A DNA stretch of 64,000 nt from an uncultured Rhodobacterales bacterium (GTDB lineage: Bacteria > Pseudomonadota > Alphaproteobacteria > Rhodobacterales > Rhodobacteraceae). The stretch covers positions 26,933 through 90,932 of the forward strand of contig CAYYMJ010000003.1 of the NCBI GenBank assembly GCA_964472855.1. The letters are read 5' to 3'. Position numbers and translations under genes: made by a program. Positions 1 to 8,868 of this stretch are shown here, piece by piece (the stretch's first letter is position 1; the number at the start of each line of letters is the position of its first letter). The notes under the pieces were generated by a model. That model had not been told where the DNA came from. It did no database searches and saw nothing but the letters and a program-made list of their open reading frames with translations.

Positions 1-1624
1 ACTCGGACGCGACCAGGCATACCTTGCGACGGTTGGCCTCGTCCCCACGCCGGCGGAAATGGCCGCGCACCCAGCTTTCCAGGTTATCTTCGGTATCCAG
101 GCTGCGGGCCGCGACAAGGCGCGACCAACCGTTATCAAGCCGGGCCCTTGTTTCCGCCGCTTCGCCGAAATCGACGACCCGACCCGCCTGCATCACGATC
201 AGCCGGTCGCACATTTCCATCAAGCCGCGGTTCTGGCTGACGATCACCACCGACCGGCCCAGCCGTACCTCGTGGCGCAGCCGCTCTTGCAGCGCGGTGA
301 TCTGGCGGTCATGCAGACCGTCTTCGGGCCGGTCGAGCAAATAGACATCCGGGGCCAACAGCAGCGCACGTGCCAGGGCAAGAGATTTTTTCTGCATGTC
401 TGGCAGCAGGTCGGCCGGTCCGTCGCAGATCCGGTCGACCAGGTCGGCCGAAAACACCAGCTTTTCCAGAATTTGCCGCCCACGAGCCTTTGCCGTGCTG
501 TCGTGGAAACAGGCGAGATTGTCTTCGCCGGATGCGGGAAGCACAAGGGGAGCGGGCGGGAGATAGACCGCCGTGACGCGGCGCGGCCCGCGGCCGCGCT
601 GCCACAGATCGTCGCCATGAACCGACACGTGGCCCCTGACCTCGGCCATGGCAATCGAGAATGGATCGGCCAACACCTGCAGCAGCATGGATTTTCCGGC
701 GCCGCTGTCCCCCACCAGGCCGGTGATCGACCCTGCCGGAACGGCGAATGACACGTCGGACAACAACTTTTGCGCGCCGACCGACAGATCCAGCGCCGAC
801 ACCAGCAACCCGCCGGCTTCAATCTCGTCCGGCTCGTCCAGTTCATGGCGCAAAACGCGGGCCGGCGCGTCTGCCCCGGCGCTGGCTGACCGCATCGTGC
901 GCAGCGCTTTCAGCGCGCTGCCGGCGGCCCAATAGGTGATCAGGCCAATGGCCGCCACCGCCGCCGGTTCCAGCACGCCGGTCGCCGAAAGCCAGCTGCC
1001 CGCCGCCAAAGACGCGGCCACTGACAACCATGTCAGCGAAGTCTGAACCGCCCCCGCGAGCGTGTGTTCGTCAAAATCGGTCCGGGCAAGCCTCAGACCT
1101 TCAAGATCGCGCCCGGCAAGCACTGGCACCGCCTCGGCCGGCCGAAAATCCCACGCGGATTCGCGGCCACCAAACCGGCTCAGCAGCCAGAAGACCGCCA
1201 CCCCAAGCAGACCGGCGACCAGAACGGGAAACAGCAACAGCGGATGCACCAGCCCGAAGGCCAAGGCAACGATCAGGCCCATCCATCCCTGCACGCGGAC
1301 AAAGGTCTTGCGCCGCTCGCTGCGGAACCCTGCCATGGCCCGCGCATGGGCATAATCCAGGCCGATGGCGCCAAGGATCGGCACCGCGACGATGGCCAGA
1401 AGCACCGGCGCAAGCCCCAGCTCGCCCTGTTCGGCCACCAGCGACTGGAAGAACAGCGCCGACAGGGCCGCGGCCAGCCAGCAAAGCCCGATCAGCACCG
1501 CAAAGATGCCGCTGATTGCGCGCGCCCAACCGGGCGAACGCCGATCGACGCCCTCAAGGTTCAGTTGTCCCGCCTCTTCCATCGGAAAGAGATTGCCGGG
1601 TGTTTCGGAATCGCCGTGTGCCAT
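1..1624 (-). CDS. Membrane-anchored ABC-type ATP-binding protein with degenerate NBD and extra C-terminal domain (3' end runs off the window)
   Basis: Absent from the ORF track because no stop lies in the window. My translation of the minus strand from ATG 1624-1622 stays open to base 1 (541 codons). About 250 aa hydrophobic N-terminus (roughly 6 TM helices). Walker A is GDSGAGKS. The signature is LPDMQ instead of LSGGQ, the Walker B region is VYLLDRPEDG (Arg where the catalytic Glu sits), and the switch His is replaced (VVIVSQNRG). The frame then continues SRLVAARSLDTEDNLESWVRGHFRRRGDEANRRKVCLVASE, resembling the N-terminus of RsbW/SpoIIAB-type kinases. Confidence 0.75.
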   Translation of the reverse strand, partial: MAHGDSETPGNLFPMEEAGQLNLEGVDRRSPGWARAISGIFAVLIGLCWLAAALSALFFQSLVAEQGELGLAPVLLAIVAVPILGAIGLDYAHARAMAGFRSERRKTFVRVQGWMGLIVALAFGLVHPLLLFPVLVAGLLGVAVFWLLSRFGGRESAWDFRPAEAVPVLAGRDLEGLRLARTDFDEHTLAGAVQTSLTWLSVAASLAAGSWLSATGVLEPAAVAAIGLITYWAAGSALKALRTMRSASAGADAPARVLRHELDEPDEIEAGGLLVSALDLSVGAQKLLSDVSFAVPAGSITGLVGDSGAGKSMLLQVLADPFSIAMAEVRGHVSVHGDDLWQRGRGPRRVTAVYLPPAPLVLPASGEDNLACFHDSTAKARGRQILEKLVFSADLVDRICDGPADLLPDMQKKSLALARALLLAPDVYLLDRPEDGLHDRQITALQERLRHEVRLGRSVVIVSQNRGLMEMCDRLIVMQAGRVVDFGEAAETRARLDNGWSRLVAARSLDTEDNLESWVRGHFRRRGDEANRRKVCLVASE

Positions 1625-1775
1625 CTTGCCCATCCATTGCTGACGGCTCCACTCCTAGGTGCTTCCAATTAACAGACACTTATGCCCGGCCAGGAATTCC
1701 CCTGTCTCCGATTGTCCGTTTCTTAACCCGGACCGGCCTATGAGTTGGGTATTCGCCGCAATGACCGGGTGAGAC

Positions 1776-3464
1776 ATGACGAAGAAAACCGGCTCTTCTC
1801 GCAGGGGCGCCCAATTTGGACTGGCCGCCCTGTGCGGCTCCGCCGTCCTGCTTGCGGGCGCCACCTGGAGCGTCGGTTCAGTGGCCCGGACAATGCTGCT
1901 GAAGCAAGAGGAAGAGATTACGCCAATCATCGCCGGCGGCGACCTTGACCGTATTCCCGCCCTGATGCGCGGCAATCTGGCCACGATGACCACGTCGATG
2001 GTGGACGAGACCGAAAGGCGTGTAAAGCCGCCCCGCATGTGCGAGATGCCCGACAATTATTTTGAACGGCTGGATCGCGGGCTCGACCAGCGCGTCGGCT
2101 ATACCCGCCGCAACGAATATGTCCGCCCCTATCGCGACCGGCGCGGCTTTCTGAACGAGCGCGAGCTTCGCGCCGCCCGCGTTGCCTGGCACTATTTCGA
2201 ACAATTCACTCAGGAAACCACCGGCCTTGCCAATTCGGTTGGCAATTATCCGTCGACCACCATGTGGGACACCGCCAGCTATGTTGCCGGCGCTGTGGCC
2301 GCTTACGAGTTGTGCCTGATCGAAAAGCCCGAATTCGACCAGCGAATTCTGCAGCTTTTGACAACGATCAAGGGGCTGGAACTGTTCCGAAAGGAATTGC
2401 CCAACAAGGTTTATCACACGAAGACCGGCGAAAAGGTCGACTATACCAACAAGCCCGGTGAAATCGGGTTTTCGGCGCTGGATATCGGGCGGTTTCTGGT
2501 CTGGATGCGAATTCTGAAGAATCGCTATCCGCATTTCAGCAACACAATCGATTCGGTACTGTTGAAATGGGATTTCAGTAATGTCGTTGACGACGAGGGC
2601 CTGCTTCACGGCTCTTATGTCGATCGGGAAACCGGCAATACCGTCTACGCCCAGGAAGGGCGGCTGGGTTACGAGGAATATGCCGCCAAGGGTTTTGCCT
2701 TGTGGGGGTTTCAGCCCATTCTGGCGCACCGGGCGGAACCGTTTCTGACCGCGTCGATCTTTGGTGTATCCGTGCCCTATGACGGGCGCGATCCGCGCAT
2801 TTTCCATTCACAGAATTACGTGGTGACGGAAAGCTACCTTCAGGACGGGATGGAGCTGGGCTTCAACCTGCCCCAGGACGACTCCAGCCCCGATTGGCTG
2901 CATTCCGATGGCTGGCGCGCCGAATTCGCCGACCGCATCTACGAGGTTCAGGAAAACCGCTGGCGGCAAACCGGCTATATGACGGCGCGGTCGGAACATA
3001 ACGTCAAGGGGCCGCCGTATTTCACATATGACACGATCTTTTCCGACGGCTATCCCTGGAACACGGTTACGCCGCGCGGGGATTATGTGCCCGACCATGC
3101 CGCGGTTGCCGCCAAGGCGGCGCTCGGGCTGTGGGCTCTTTGGGACACCGACTATACCGATGTCCTGTATGAAGCGATCATCGAGCTTTATAATCCCGAA
3201 AAGGGCATGTTCGAGGGGCTGTATGAACGCGGCCAGGGTCGTGTCGAGATCTTCACCGCCAATAACAACGGCATCATCCTGACCGCGCTGCTGCACAAGG
3301 TGCAGGGCACGATCCTGACGCCCTACACCGGCGAAACCGAGGTCTGGTATACCGCGTTCCGCGATCAGGACCTGCGCCGACGGCGCAACTATCCGGATCC
3401 GCCGCAGGAAGCCGACTGGCTGCCTGCCCTGCGACACTCTCTTCCTATCGAGGTGGACTACTGA
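1776..3464 (+). CDS. DUF3131-like protein (putative glycan-active enzyme) with N-terminal membrane anchor or signal
   Basis: 562-aa ORF with hydrophobic N-terminus (FGLAALCGSAVLLAGATW). Shares blocks with the paralogue at 5040-6359: GNYPSTTMWDTASYV/AGYPAATLWDQGSYV, LPNKVYHT/LPNKVYNT, IGFSALDIGRFL/IGWSAIDIARLL, YAQEGRLGYEEYAAK/YVQEGRIGYEQYAAR. The DUF3131 name is from memory, not a search. Confidence 0.8.
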   Translation: MTKKTGSSRRGAQFGLAALCGSAVLLAGATWSVGSVARTMLLKQEEEITPIIAGGDLDRIPALMRGNLATMTTSMVDETERRVKPPRMCEMPDNYFERLDRGLDQRVGYTRRNEYVRPYRDRRGFLNERELRAARVAWHYFEQFTQETTGLANSVGNYPSTTMWDTASYVAGAVAAYELCLIEKPEFDQRILQLLTTIKGLELFRKELPNKVYHTKTGEKVDYTNKPGEIGFSALDIGRFLVWMRILKNRYPHFSNTIDSVLLKWDFSNVVDDEGLLHGSYVDRETGNTVYAQEGRLGYEEYAAKGFALWGFQPILAHRAEPFLTASIFGVSVPYDGRDPRIFHSQNYVVTESYLQDGMELGFNLPQDDSSPDWLHSDGWRAEFADRIYEVQENRWRQTGYMTARSEHNVKGPPYFTYDTIFSDGYPWNTVTPRGDYVPDHAAVAAKAALGLWALWDTDYTDVLYEAIIELYNPEKGMFEGLYERGQGRVEIFTANNNGIILTALLHKVQGTILTPYTGETEVWYTAFRDQDLRRRRNYPDPPQEADWLPALRHSLPIEVDY

Positions 3465-4969
3465 TGAAATCTCTCAGCTTTTTTGCGCTGGCGCTCTTGC
3501 CTCTGGCCACGTCCGCTGCCGCCCAGGTCGCACAGTCCGCCAGTGGCGCCGATGCCTTCACGTCCGAGAATGCGATCCTTGACACATCCGTGCCCTTCGC
3601 AATTGGCGCCAGCGAGGCGCGGCAAGACCTTCGCGGGTCGTTCGGCTGGCCCACGTTTCAAGAGGGTCTGGTCGAAGGCGTCTATTTCCGTTTCGATCCC
3701 GACGGTTACGCCCGCTTCGCGCCCACGCCCAGGCTGGACAGCGACGTCTTCGAGGTCATCTGCCGTCCGCGCACCTTCAGCTGCATTGCCCGCAAGGGCG
3801 CGCTGACGCTCTTGCTGAATACGCGCGGCCAGCTTGAGATCAACCTTGAGGGCGTGGTCCCGGGCGACACGCTTTACGTCATCGAAGGGGTCACCGAGCT
3901 TCAGATCCCCGACCGGATCCTGCAGCCGCTGGACTGGCATCTGGAAGCGCTGCTGTCCGCAGGGGGCGAACTTGTGGCCCGCCGCGGCCCTGACAATGAA
4001 ATCACCCGCGTGTCTCTGATCGGGTTTCCGGCCGTGACCGCCTATCTGCGCTGGATCACGGCCCGGCAGGACTATACCGTGTTGCCGCGCGGCTGGCCGG
4101 TGCCGAATGCCGGTGGCGGCGCGTCGGGCGCCCTGACCCAGGCGACAGGATGGCCCAACACGTCCGGCCCCGCACAGATTGTCGGCGCTCAGGAGTTTCA
4201 GGCGCAGGCCGCGGAACCGGTCGCCGAAGATTCCGAAGTGGAACTGCTTCGCGGCGATATCGCCCGGCTCAAGCAACTGCTGGAGGGCCGCGGCAGCGTC
4301 GAAACCGGCGCCACCGAGGCGGTGACAATCGCAGGGCCCGCCGCCGCAAGCCAGCCCGCGCCGTCTGCGGATCAGCTGAGCAATCTTGAAACGGCAACGG
4401 CCGCGATATTGCGCGAGTTGGAAGACCTGCGCGGCAAGATACTCGTCATCGAAGACTCGGCCCGCGCCGAGGCTGCGCCCGACCCGGCCGCCTTGCCGGT
4501 CGAGGCGGCCGAGGCCGCCCCGGAAGCCACCGATGCGGTCCAAGAAGCCCCTACGATTTCGCTGGCCGACAAGTTGGACTTTCTCATCACCGAGATCGGC
4601 ATCGATCCGCAATTGGCGGTTGTTCTTGTAGAAATCGGACATCCCGGTGAGACCGAGGGTTACCAGCTTCCCGTCGCCCTGAACGAGGCGTCGACGCTGA
4701 GTTCGGACGAGATTCTGTCGCAGCTTCTGTCGGGCCTGAACGCGGTCGGGCAACTGCCGCTGGCGCAGGCGGAAACGTCGGACGTTGCGGCCGAGCAAGA
4801 GCCGCAGATGATCGCGGAGACATCCGAGCCGGAGGAGGCACCGGTCGCCGAGGCAACCGACGCCGCCGAGGCCGAAGAAACGCCACAGGTTCCCGAATTG
4901 CAGCCCGGCGAATATGTTCTTATTGCCGACTATTTCGCGTCAGTCTTCGGTGACAAGTCCGAAGAGTGA
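3464..4969 (+). CDS. Secreted protein of unknown function with acidic Ala/Glu/Pro-rich C-terminal half
   Basis: 501-aa ORF. Its start ATG overlaps the upstream stop (TGATG at 3462-3466). Clear signal peptide MKSLSFFALALLPLATSAAAQ. C-terminal third is low-complexity and acidic (EAAEAAPEATDAVQEAP, EPEEAPVAEATDAAEAEE). I recognise no family. Confidence 0.7.
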   Translation: MKSLSFFALALLPLATSAAAQVAQSASGADAFTSENAILDTSVPFAIGASEARQDLRGSFGWPTFQEGLVEGVYFRFDPDGYARFAPTPRLDSDVFEVICRPRTFSCIARKGALTLLLNTRGQLEINLEGVVPGDTLYVIEGVTELQIPDRILQPLDWHLEALLSAGGELVARRGPDNEITRVSLIGFPAVTAYLRWITARQDYTVLPRGWPVPNAGGGASGALTQATGWPNTSGPAQIVGAQEFQAQAAEPVAEDSEVELLRGDIARLKQLLEGRGSVETGATEAVTIAGPAAASQPAPSADQLSNLETATAAILRELEDLRGKILVIEDSARAEAAPDPAALPVEAAEAAPEATDAVQEAPTISLADKLDFLITEIGIDPQLAVVLVEIGHPGETEGYQLPVALNEASTLSSDEILSQLLSGLNAVGQLPLAQAETSDVAAEQEPQMIAETSEPEEAPVAEATDAAEAEETPQVPELQPGEYVLIADYFASVFGDKSEE

Positions 4970-4994
4970 TAGTGACGGTCTGACGCCAGGATGA

Positions 4995-5027
4995 CAGCCG
5001 ATCGCCCCAAGCCGGGGCGATCGGCTG
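4995..5027. terminator. Perfect 14-bp-stem hairpin between convergent genes
   Basis: cagccgatcgcccc / ggggcgatcggctg with a 5-nt loop, lying between the stops at 4969 (+) and 5040 (-). No U-tract on either side, so intrinsic-terminator function is uncertain. Confidence 0.5.
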
Positions 5028-5039
5028 AACCGTAACAAC

Positions 5040-6359
5040 TCAGTTTGCCAGTGACGCGTGGGCCTGCATGAAGGGCCCGTATTGCACCCGGTGCAGGGCT
5101 TCCAGGACAACCGCATTGGTGTTGAGCGACAAGACCGCGTTATCCTCGCCGGTGGCCTCATAGCGACCGGCCATCCATCCGCCCGGATCCTGACCAAGAT
5201 CGGCCAGCCCCGACACCACCATCTCAGTGTATTCGGTGCCAAAGATCGCGTCCCAGCCAAAGGCCGCCTTGACGCTGACGGTTCGCAATTCGGGATAGTT
5301 GCCGCCGCCTTCGGTCAAGGCCGGCCAGTCCTTGCCGTCACCCCGCACCGCTGCGTAAAGAAAATAGGGGTCGCGGTCGAGGTGATCCTCGGTGACGGCG
5401 GTGATGATGCCCTTGTTTTCATAGCGGGCCTCTTGCGCGCGATAGACCTGCTGGGCAAGACGATGACCGTCGGCATCGAAACCCAGCTCCAGACCTTGCA
5501 GGACGAAGGGCTCGCTCAGCACCGGCGTGATGGCACCAAACCGCAGGTGAGACCTGCGGTCCTTTGGGATATCCACGCCTTCCGTGCTGGTCCAGGCCAA
5601 CACGCGCCGTACCGATATGGCCGCGCCGACGTCGAGCCCCCAAAGCGCGGCGGCCCGGGCGGCATATTGTTCATAGCCGATCCGGCCTTCCTGCACATAG
5701 TTGGTTTCGTCGTCGGACACGTTGGCACCGATAAGCTCGCCGCTGCCGCCGATGTCGGCGACCTTCCAGTTGCCGATAACAACGCGAATGGCCGGGCCGA
5801 AACGGGGAAAATGCCGCTCGGCGCTTCGCAGGGCCAGCAGCAGACGCGCAATATCAATGGCCGACCAGCCGATGCCGCCGTCAACAACTTCGTTGCCATA
5901 ATTCACCATGGCCAGCGTCATGGTGTTGTACACCTTGTTGGGCAGGCGTCCCTCGAACAATGGCAAAAGGGAAAGGCTGGTCAGAAAGCTCGTCAACCGC
6001 TCGTCGAAGTCGTCATCGTCGATGATATCCAGCCGCCGCGCCGAGATCAGCGCGAACACGTAACTTCCCTGGTCCCAAAGCGTTGCTGCGGGATAACCGG
6101 CCACGGAATCGACGAACCCGGTTTCGGGGCGCGTATTCTCTTCGAAATATCGCCATGCCGTCCGCGCGGCCGCGCGTTCCGGCTGCGTCAGCCCACGCAG
6201 GGGCGCGACGGGCAAAAGATCGTTGTCAATTGTCACCGGCGTGTCCATCCTCGTGTTGACCAACTCGCCACCTTCGATCCACAGCGAAACAGAGGCCGCC
6301 AACGCAAGCCCGGACACAAGCAAGACGCTTGATCTGTATTTGGCAACAACATCGGACAT
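5040..6359 (-). CDS. DUF3131-like protein, paralogue 2, N-terminal membrane anchor
   Basis: Start moved from the track start 6440 to ATG 6359 (MSDVVAKYRSSVLLVSGLALAASVSLW), preceded by AGGAGAAGA. Shares motif blocks with 1776-3464 (see that feature). Confidence 0.8.
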   Translation of the reverse strand: MSDVVAKYRSSVLLVSGLALAASVSLWIEGGELVNTRMDTPVTIDNDLLPVAPLRGLTQPERAAARTAWRYFEENTRPETGFVDSVAGYPAATLWDQGSYVFALISARRLDIIDDDDFDERLTSFLTSLSLLPLFEGRLPNKVYNTMTLAMVNYGNEVVDGGIGWSAIDIARLLLALRSAERHFPRFGPAIRVVIGNWKVADIGGSGELIGANVSDDETNYVQEGRIGYEQYAARAAALWGLDVGAAISVRRVLAWTSTEGVDIPKDRRSHLRFGAITPVLSEPFVLQGLELGFDADGHRLAQQVYRAQEARYENKGIITAVTEDHLDRDPYFLYAAVRGDGKDWPALTEGGGNYPELRTVSVKAAFGWDAIFGTEYTEMVVSGLADLGQDPGGWMAGRYEATGEDNAVLSLNTNAVVLEALHRVQYGPFMQAHASLAN

Positions 6360-6384
6360 GTCTTCTCCTGTTTGGGAATCGTTC

Positions 6385-8124
6385 CTATCGGGCAGGCGCG
6401 TGGCGTGCCAGAAACCCGGTGGTAAGCGTCCCGACGGCAACCGACAAAAGGCCCCAGGAATTCCAGACGATCCAGGCGGTATTGACGGTCAGGAACGAGG
6501 CGTCATAGCCATCGCGCCCAACACTTGCCGACCAGACGCCCACGGCTATGGCGGAAAAACCCGCGGCAACAATCAAAAGCCCGGGCAGGGCAAGACGCAG
6601 ATCATCCCCCTTCGTCGGAATCTTCGGGGTCGCGACAAAGCGGATCGGCAAACGCCGCCACGCAACCCACAGGCCGCGGAGGTTGGTGACCAGGCCCGAC
6701 AGGGCCAGCCTGCGTCCGGCATCGTGGGCGTGGGACTTGCTGCCAATTGCCAGCGCAATCTCGGCCGAAACCAGAAACGGCAGCAGGTGGGCAAAAAAGG
6801 ACGACGCGTAATTCCCGACCGGCGCGACACCTGTCATGAGCGCAATGATCGGTGCGGCGATCAGAATTGGTGCCCAGATCGCCGAAAGGTAGGACCAGAA
6901 TGTCGCCAGATAATGCAATCTGGTCGCCAGCGGCATTCCGTTCTGCGCAACCCCCGGCTCGTTGAAAAACAGGTCAAACGATCCGCCGGCATATTTGAAA
7001 CTTTGCAGCGTCCAGGCCCTGTAGGACCTTGGCGACAGCATCTTGGCCTCGACCCTGGGGTGATAAACCGATCGCCAGCCCAAGCCGTGCTGAATGCGTG
7101 ACGTGCAGATATCTTCGGAAACATGAAAGCGAAAGGGCTCGACCTGCGGGGTTGCGCGGCCGCGGGCCAGCCCCGGGTCGCCGTCGACCAGCGTCTGCAG
7201 GCGGCTGCGCCGGGCCAGAGCCGACGCAAACAGGGCGTCGCGGCGATGAACCGAACCGGCCCCACAGCAGAATGACGCATGATTGCGGTCGCGGCGGCGC
7301 TGGATCACGTCAAAAAACAGCAGGGACGAGGCAAAGAACGGATCCCCGCCAACCTTTACCTTTTCCAGACGCCGCAAAACACCCAGCGGCAGCAACTGCG
7401 CACATTTTTGCGACATCGAGCGTAGCAGACTGGCCAGGGTCACACCCTCGGGGACCTCGTAGAACCAGTGTGGGGTCTGAACCCAGCCAACCCGGGAATC
7501 GTTGAAATAGCCCAGCGTATTTTCCAGAAACCCCGGGAAAAGCCGGGTGTCGGCGTCGCAAATGACCAGAAATGCCCCATTGGTCCGGAACAGCACATGA
7601 CGCAGGTTCCCGGCCTTGTAGCCCAGGTTGTCGGGGCGGTCGAAGTAACCGATGCCATATTCGGTGGCCAGCGCGGCGGCTTCGGGGCGGCAACCGTCGT
7701 CGGCAAGGTGGATCATGGCGCGAAAGCCCGGCGGCACCCGAACCGACAGCGCATCGCGAATGGTCGGCCGCAATATTTCAGGCGGTTCGTCAAGGCTGGC
7801 GATGACGATGTCGACGACAACCTCGTCGTCCGGACCATGGCCAGCGCCGACCGGGGCCGGGGACAGGGGGCGCGACGGCTCTTTCCAGATGTCAAAAATG
7901 AACAAAGCCAGCCCGGCATAGGCCAGCGTTTCGGCCGACGCGGTTGCGACCGAGAACAAGGGGGCGGCGTCGTTCAGCCCCGCGCTCCAACGCCACCACA
8001 GATACCAGGCACCAAAGCCCAGCGCCATGGACGCGACAAGCTGCCAGGCGGTGCTGCGCGCCGTGCTCATCAAGGTCAGCTCTGGCGGCTGAACATGTTC
8101 AAAGTCTTCGAAATAAGCTGTCAT
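6385..8124 (-). CDS. Processive family-2 glycosyltransferase, cellulose-synthase (BcsA)-like catalytic core, no PilZ domain
   Basis: 579-aa ORF with BcsA-type blocks in order: DIVIASLDEP, HLADDG, ICDADT, VQTPHWF, FCCGAGSVHRRDAL, SEDICTS, then QSFKYAGG where QxxRW is expected. TM helices at both ends. The C-terminus shows no RxxxR/DxSxxG PilZ signature. Confidence 0.9.
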   Translation of the reverse strand: MTAYFEDFEHVQPPELTLMSTARSTAWQLVASMALGFGAWYLWWRWSAGLNDAAPLFSVATASAETLAYAGLALFIFDIWKEPSRPLSPAPVGAGHGPDDEVVVDIVIASLDEPPEILRPTIRDALSVRVPPGFRAMIHLADDGCRPEAAALATEYGIGYFDRPDNLGYKAGNLRHVLFRTNGAFLVICDADTRLFPGFLENTLGYFNDSRVGWVQTPHWFYEVPEGVTLASLLRSMSQKCAQLLPLGVLRRLEKVKVGGDPFFASSLLFFDVIQRRRDRNHASFCCGAGSVHRRDALFASALARRSRLQTLVDGDPGLARGRATPQVEPFRFHVSEDICTSRIQHGLGWRSVYHPRVEAKMLSPRSYRAWTLQSFKYAGGSFDLFFNEPGVAQNGMPLATRLHYLATFWSYLSAIWAPILIAAPIIALMTGVAPVGNYASSFFAHLLPFLVSAEIALAIGSKSHAHDAGRRLALSGLVTNLRGLWVAWRRLPIRFVATPKIPTKGDDLRLALPGLLIVAAGFSAIAVGVWSASVGRDGYDASFLTVNTAWIVWNSWGLLSVAVGTLTTGFLARHAPAR

Positions 8125-8133
8125 GGAATCCGT

Positions 8134-8868
8134 TTATCCGCCGCCGTTGGCGCGAAGAAAATCATCGACAAAGGCATCGGCCACGCCGACCACAAGCTCG
8201 CGTTCGGAAAGCCACGCCTCGGCGGTCGGGCGGCTGGAATAGCTCCAGACGCCAACCGACAGTTTCGTGCTGAGATCACGCGACAACAGCGCCGTCTGTG
8301 TCAGGCTGGCGAAGACCGAATAGGTATAATCACAGCTGCTGTCGGGGTCGGTGAAGGAAAAGAACACGCCAAGCTTGGGTTGCCCCGGCAATCGCGCGGC
8401 TTCGGCCGGGTCAAGCACCAAGAGACCGGCCGCGCGCAGCCTGGTTTCGAATTCTTCCTGAAGCTCGGTCCCGAAGCTCGAACTGTATCCCGGCGGCGGA
8501 CGCATGTTCCGCAAATCGACGCCCACACCGATCAGACCGCGCAGGGCATCCAGCTTGTCGGACAGAAACTGACGCTCGGTGTCATATTCGGGGGCGCCAG
8601 GCTCCAGATTGTTCTGGCAAATGCGCGGGGCATCCGGGTTCTGCCCCTCGTCGATCGCGCCATGATCGGCAGGCCCGAACATGCGATACAGCCATTCGTC
8701 GTTTTCCGGCGTGAAAAGACGGCTGCGATACGCGCTTTCGCAGGCAGCGCCGTCACAGTCTTCGTCGGTCTGGCGATGCTCCCACAGCAGCCAGAACCGG
8801 TCTTCCGGCGCGGCCTGAGCCGATGCTGCAACCGCCAGGAACAGCCCCAGGATTGCGGCGCGTTTCAT
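8134..8868 (-). CDS. Periplasmic or secreted protein of unknown function
   Basis: 244-aa ORF with signal peptide MKRAAILGLFLAVAASAQA. Lies 9 nt downstream of the GT2 stop (GT2 ends 8124, this stop is at 8134) and overlaps the next upstream gene by 4 nt. No family recognised. Confidence 0.7.
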   Translation of the reverse strand: MKRAAILGLFLAVAASAQAAPEDRFWLLWEHRQTDEDCDGAACESAYRSRLFTPENDEWLYRMFGPADHGAIDEGQNPDAPRICQNNLEPGAPEYDTERQFLSDKLDALRGLIGVGVDLRNMRPPPGYSSSFGTELQEEFETRLRAAGLLVLDPAEAARLPGQPKLGVFFSFTDPDSSCDYTYSVFASLTQTALLSRDLSTKLSVGVWSYSSRPTAEAWLSERELVVGVADAFVDDFLRANGGG

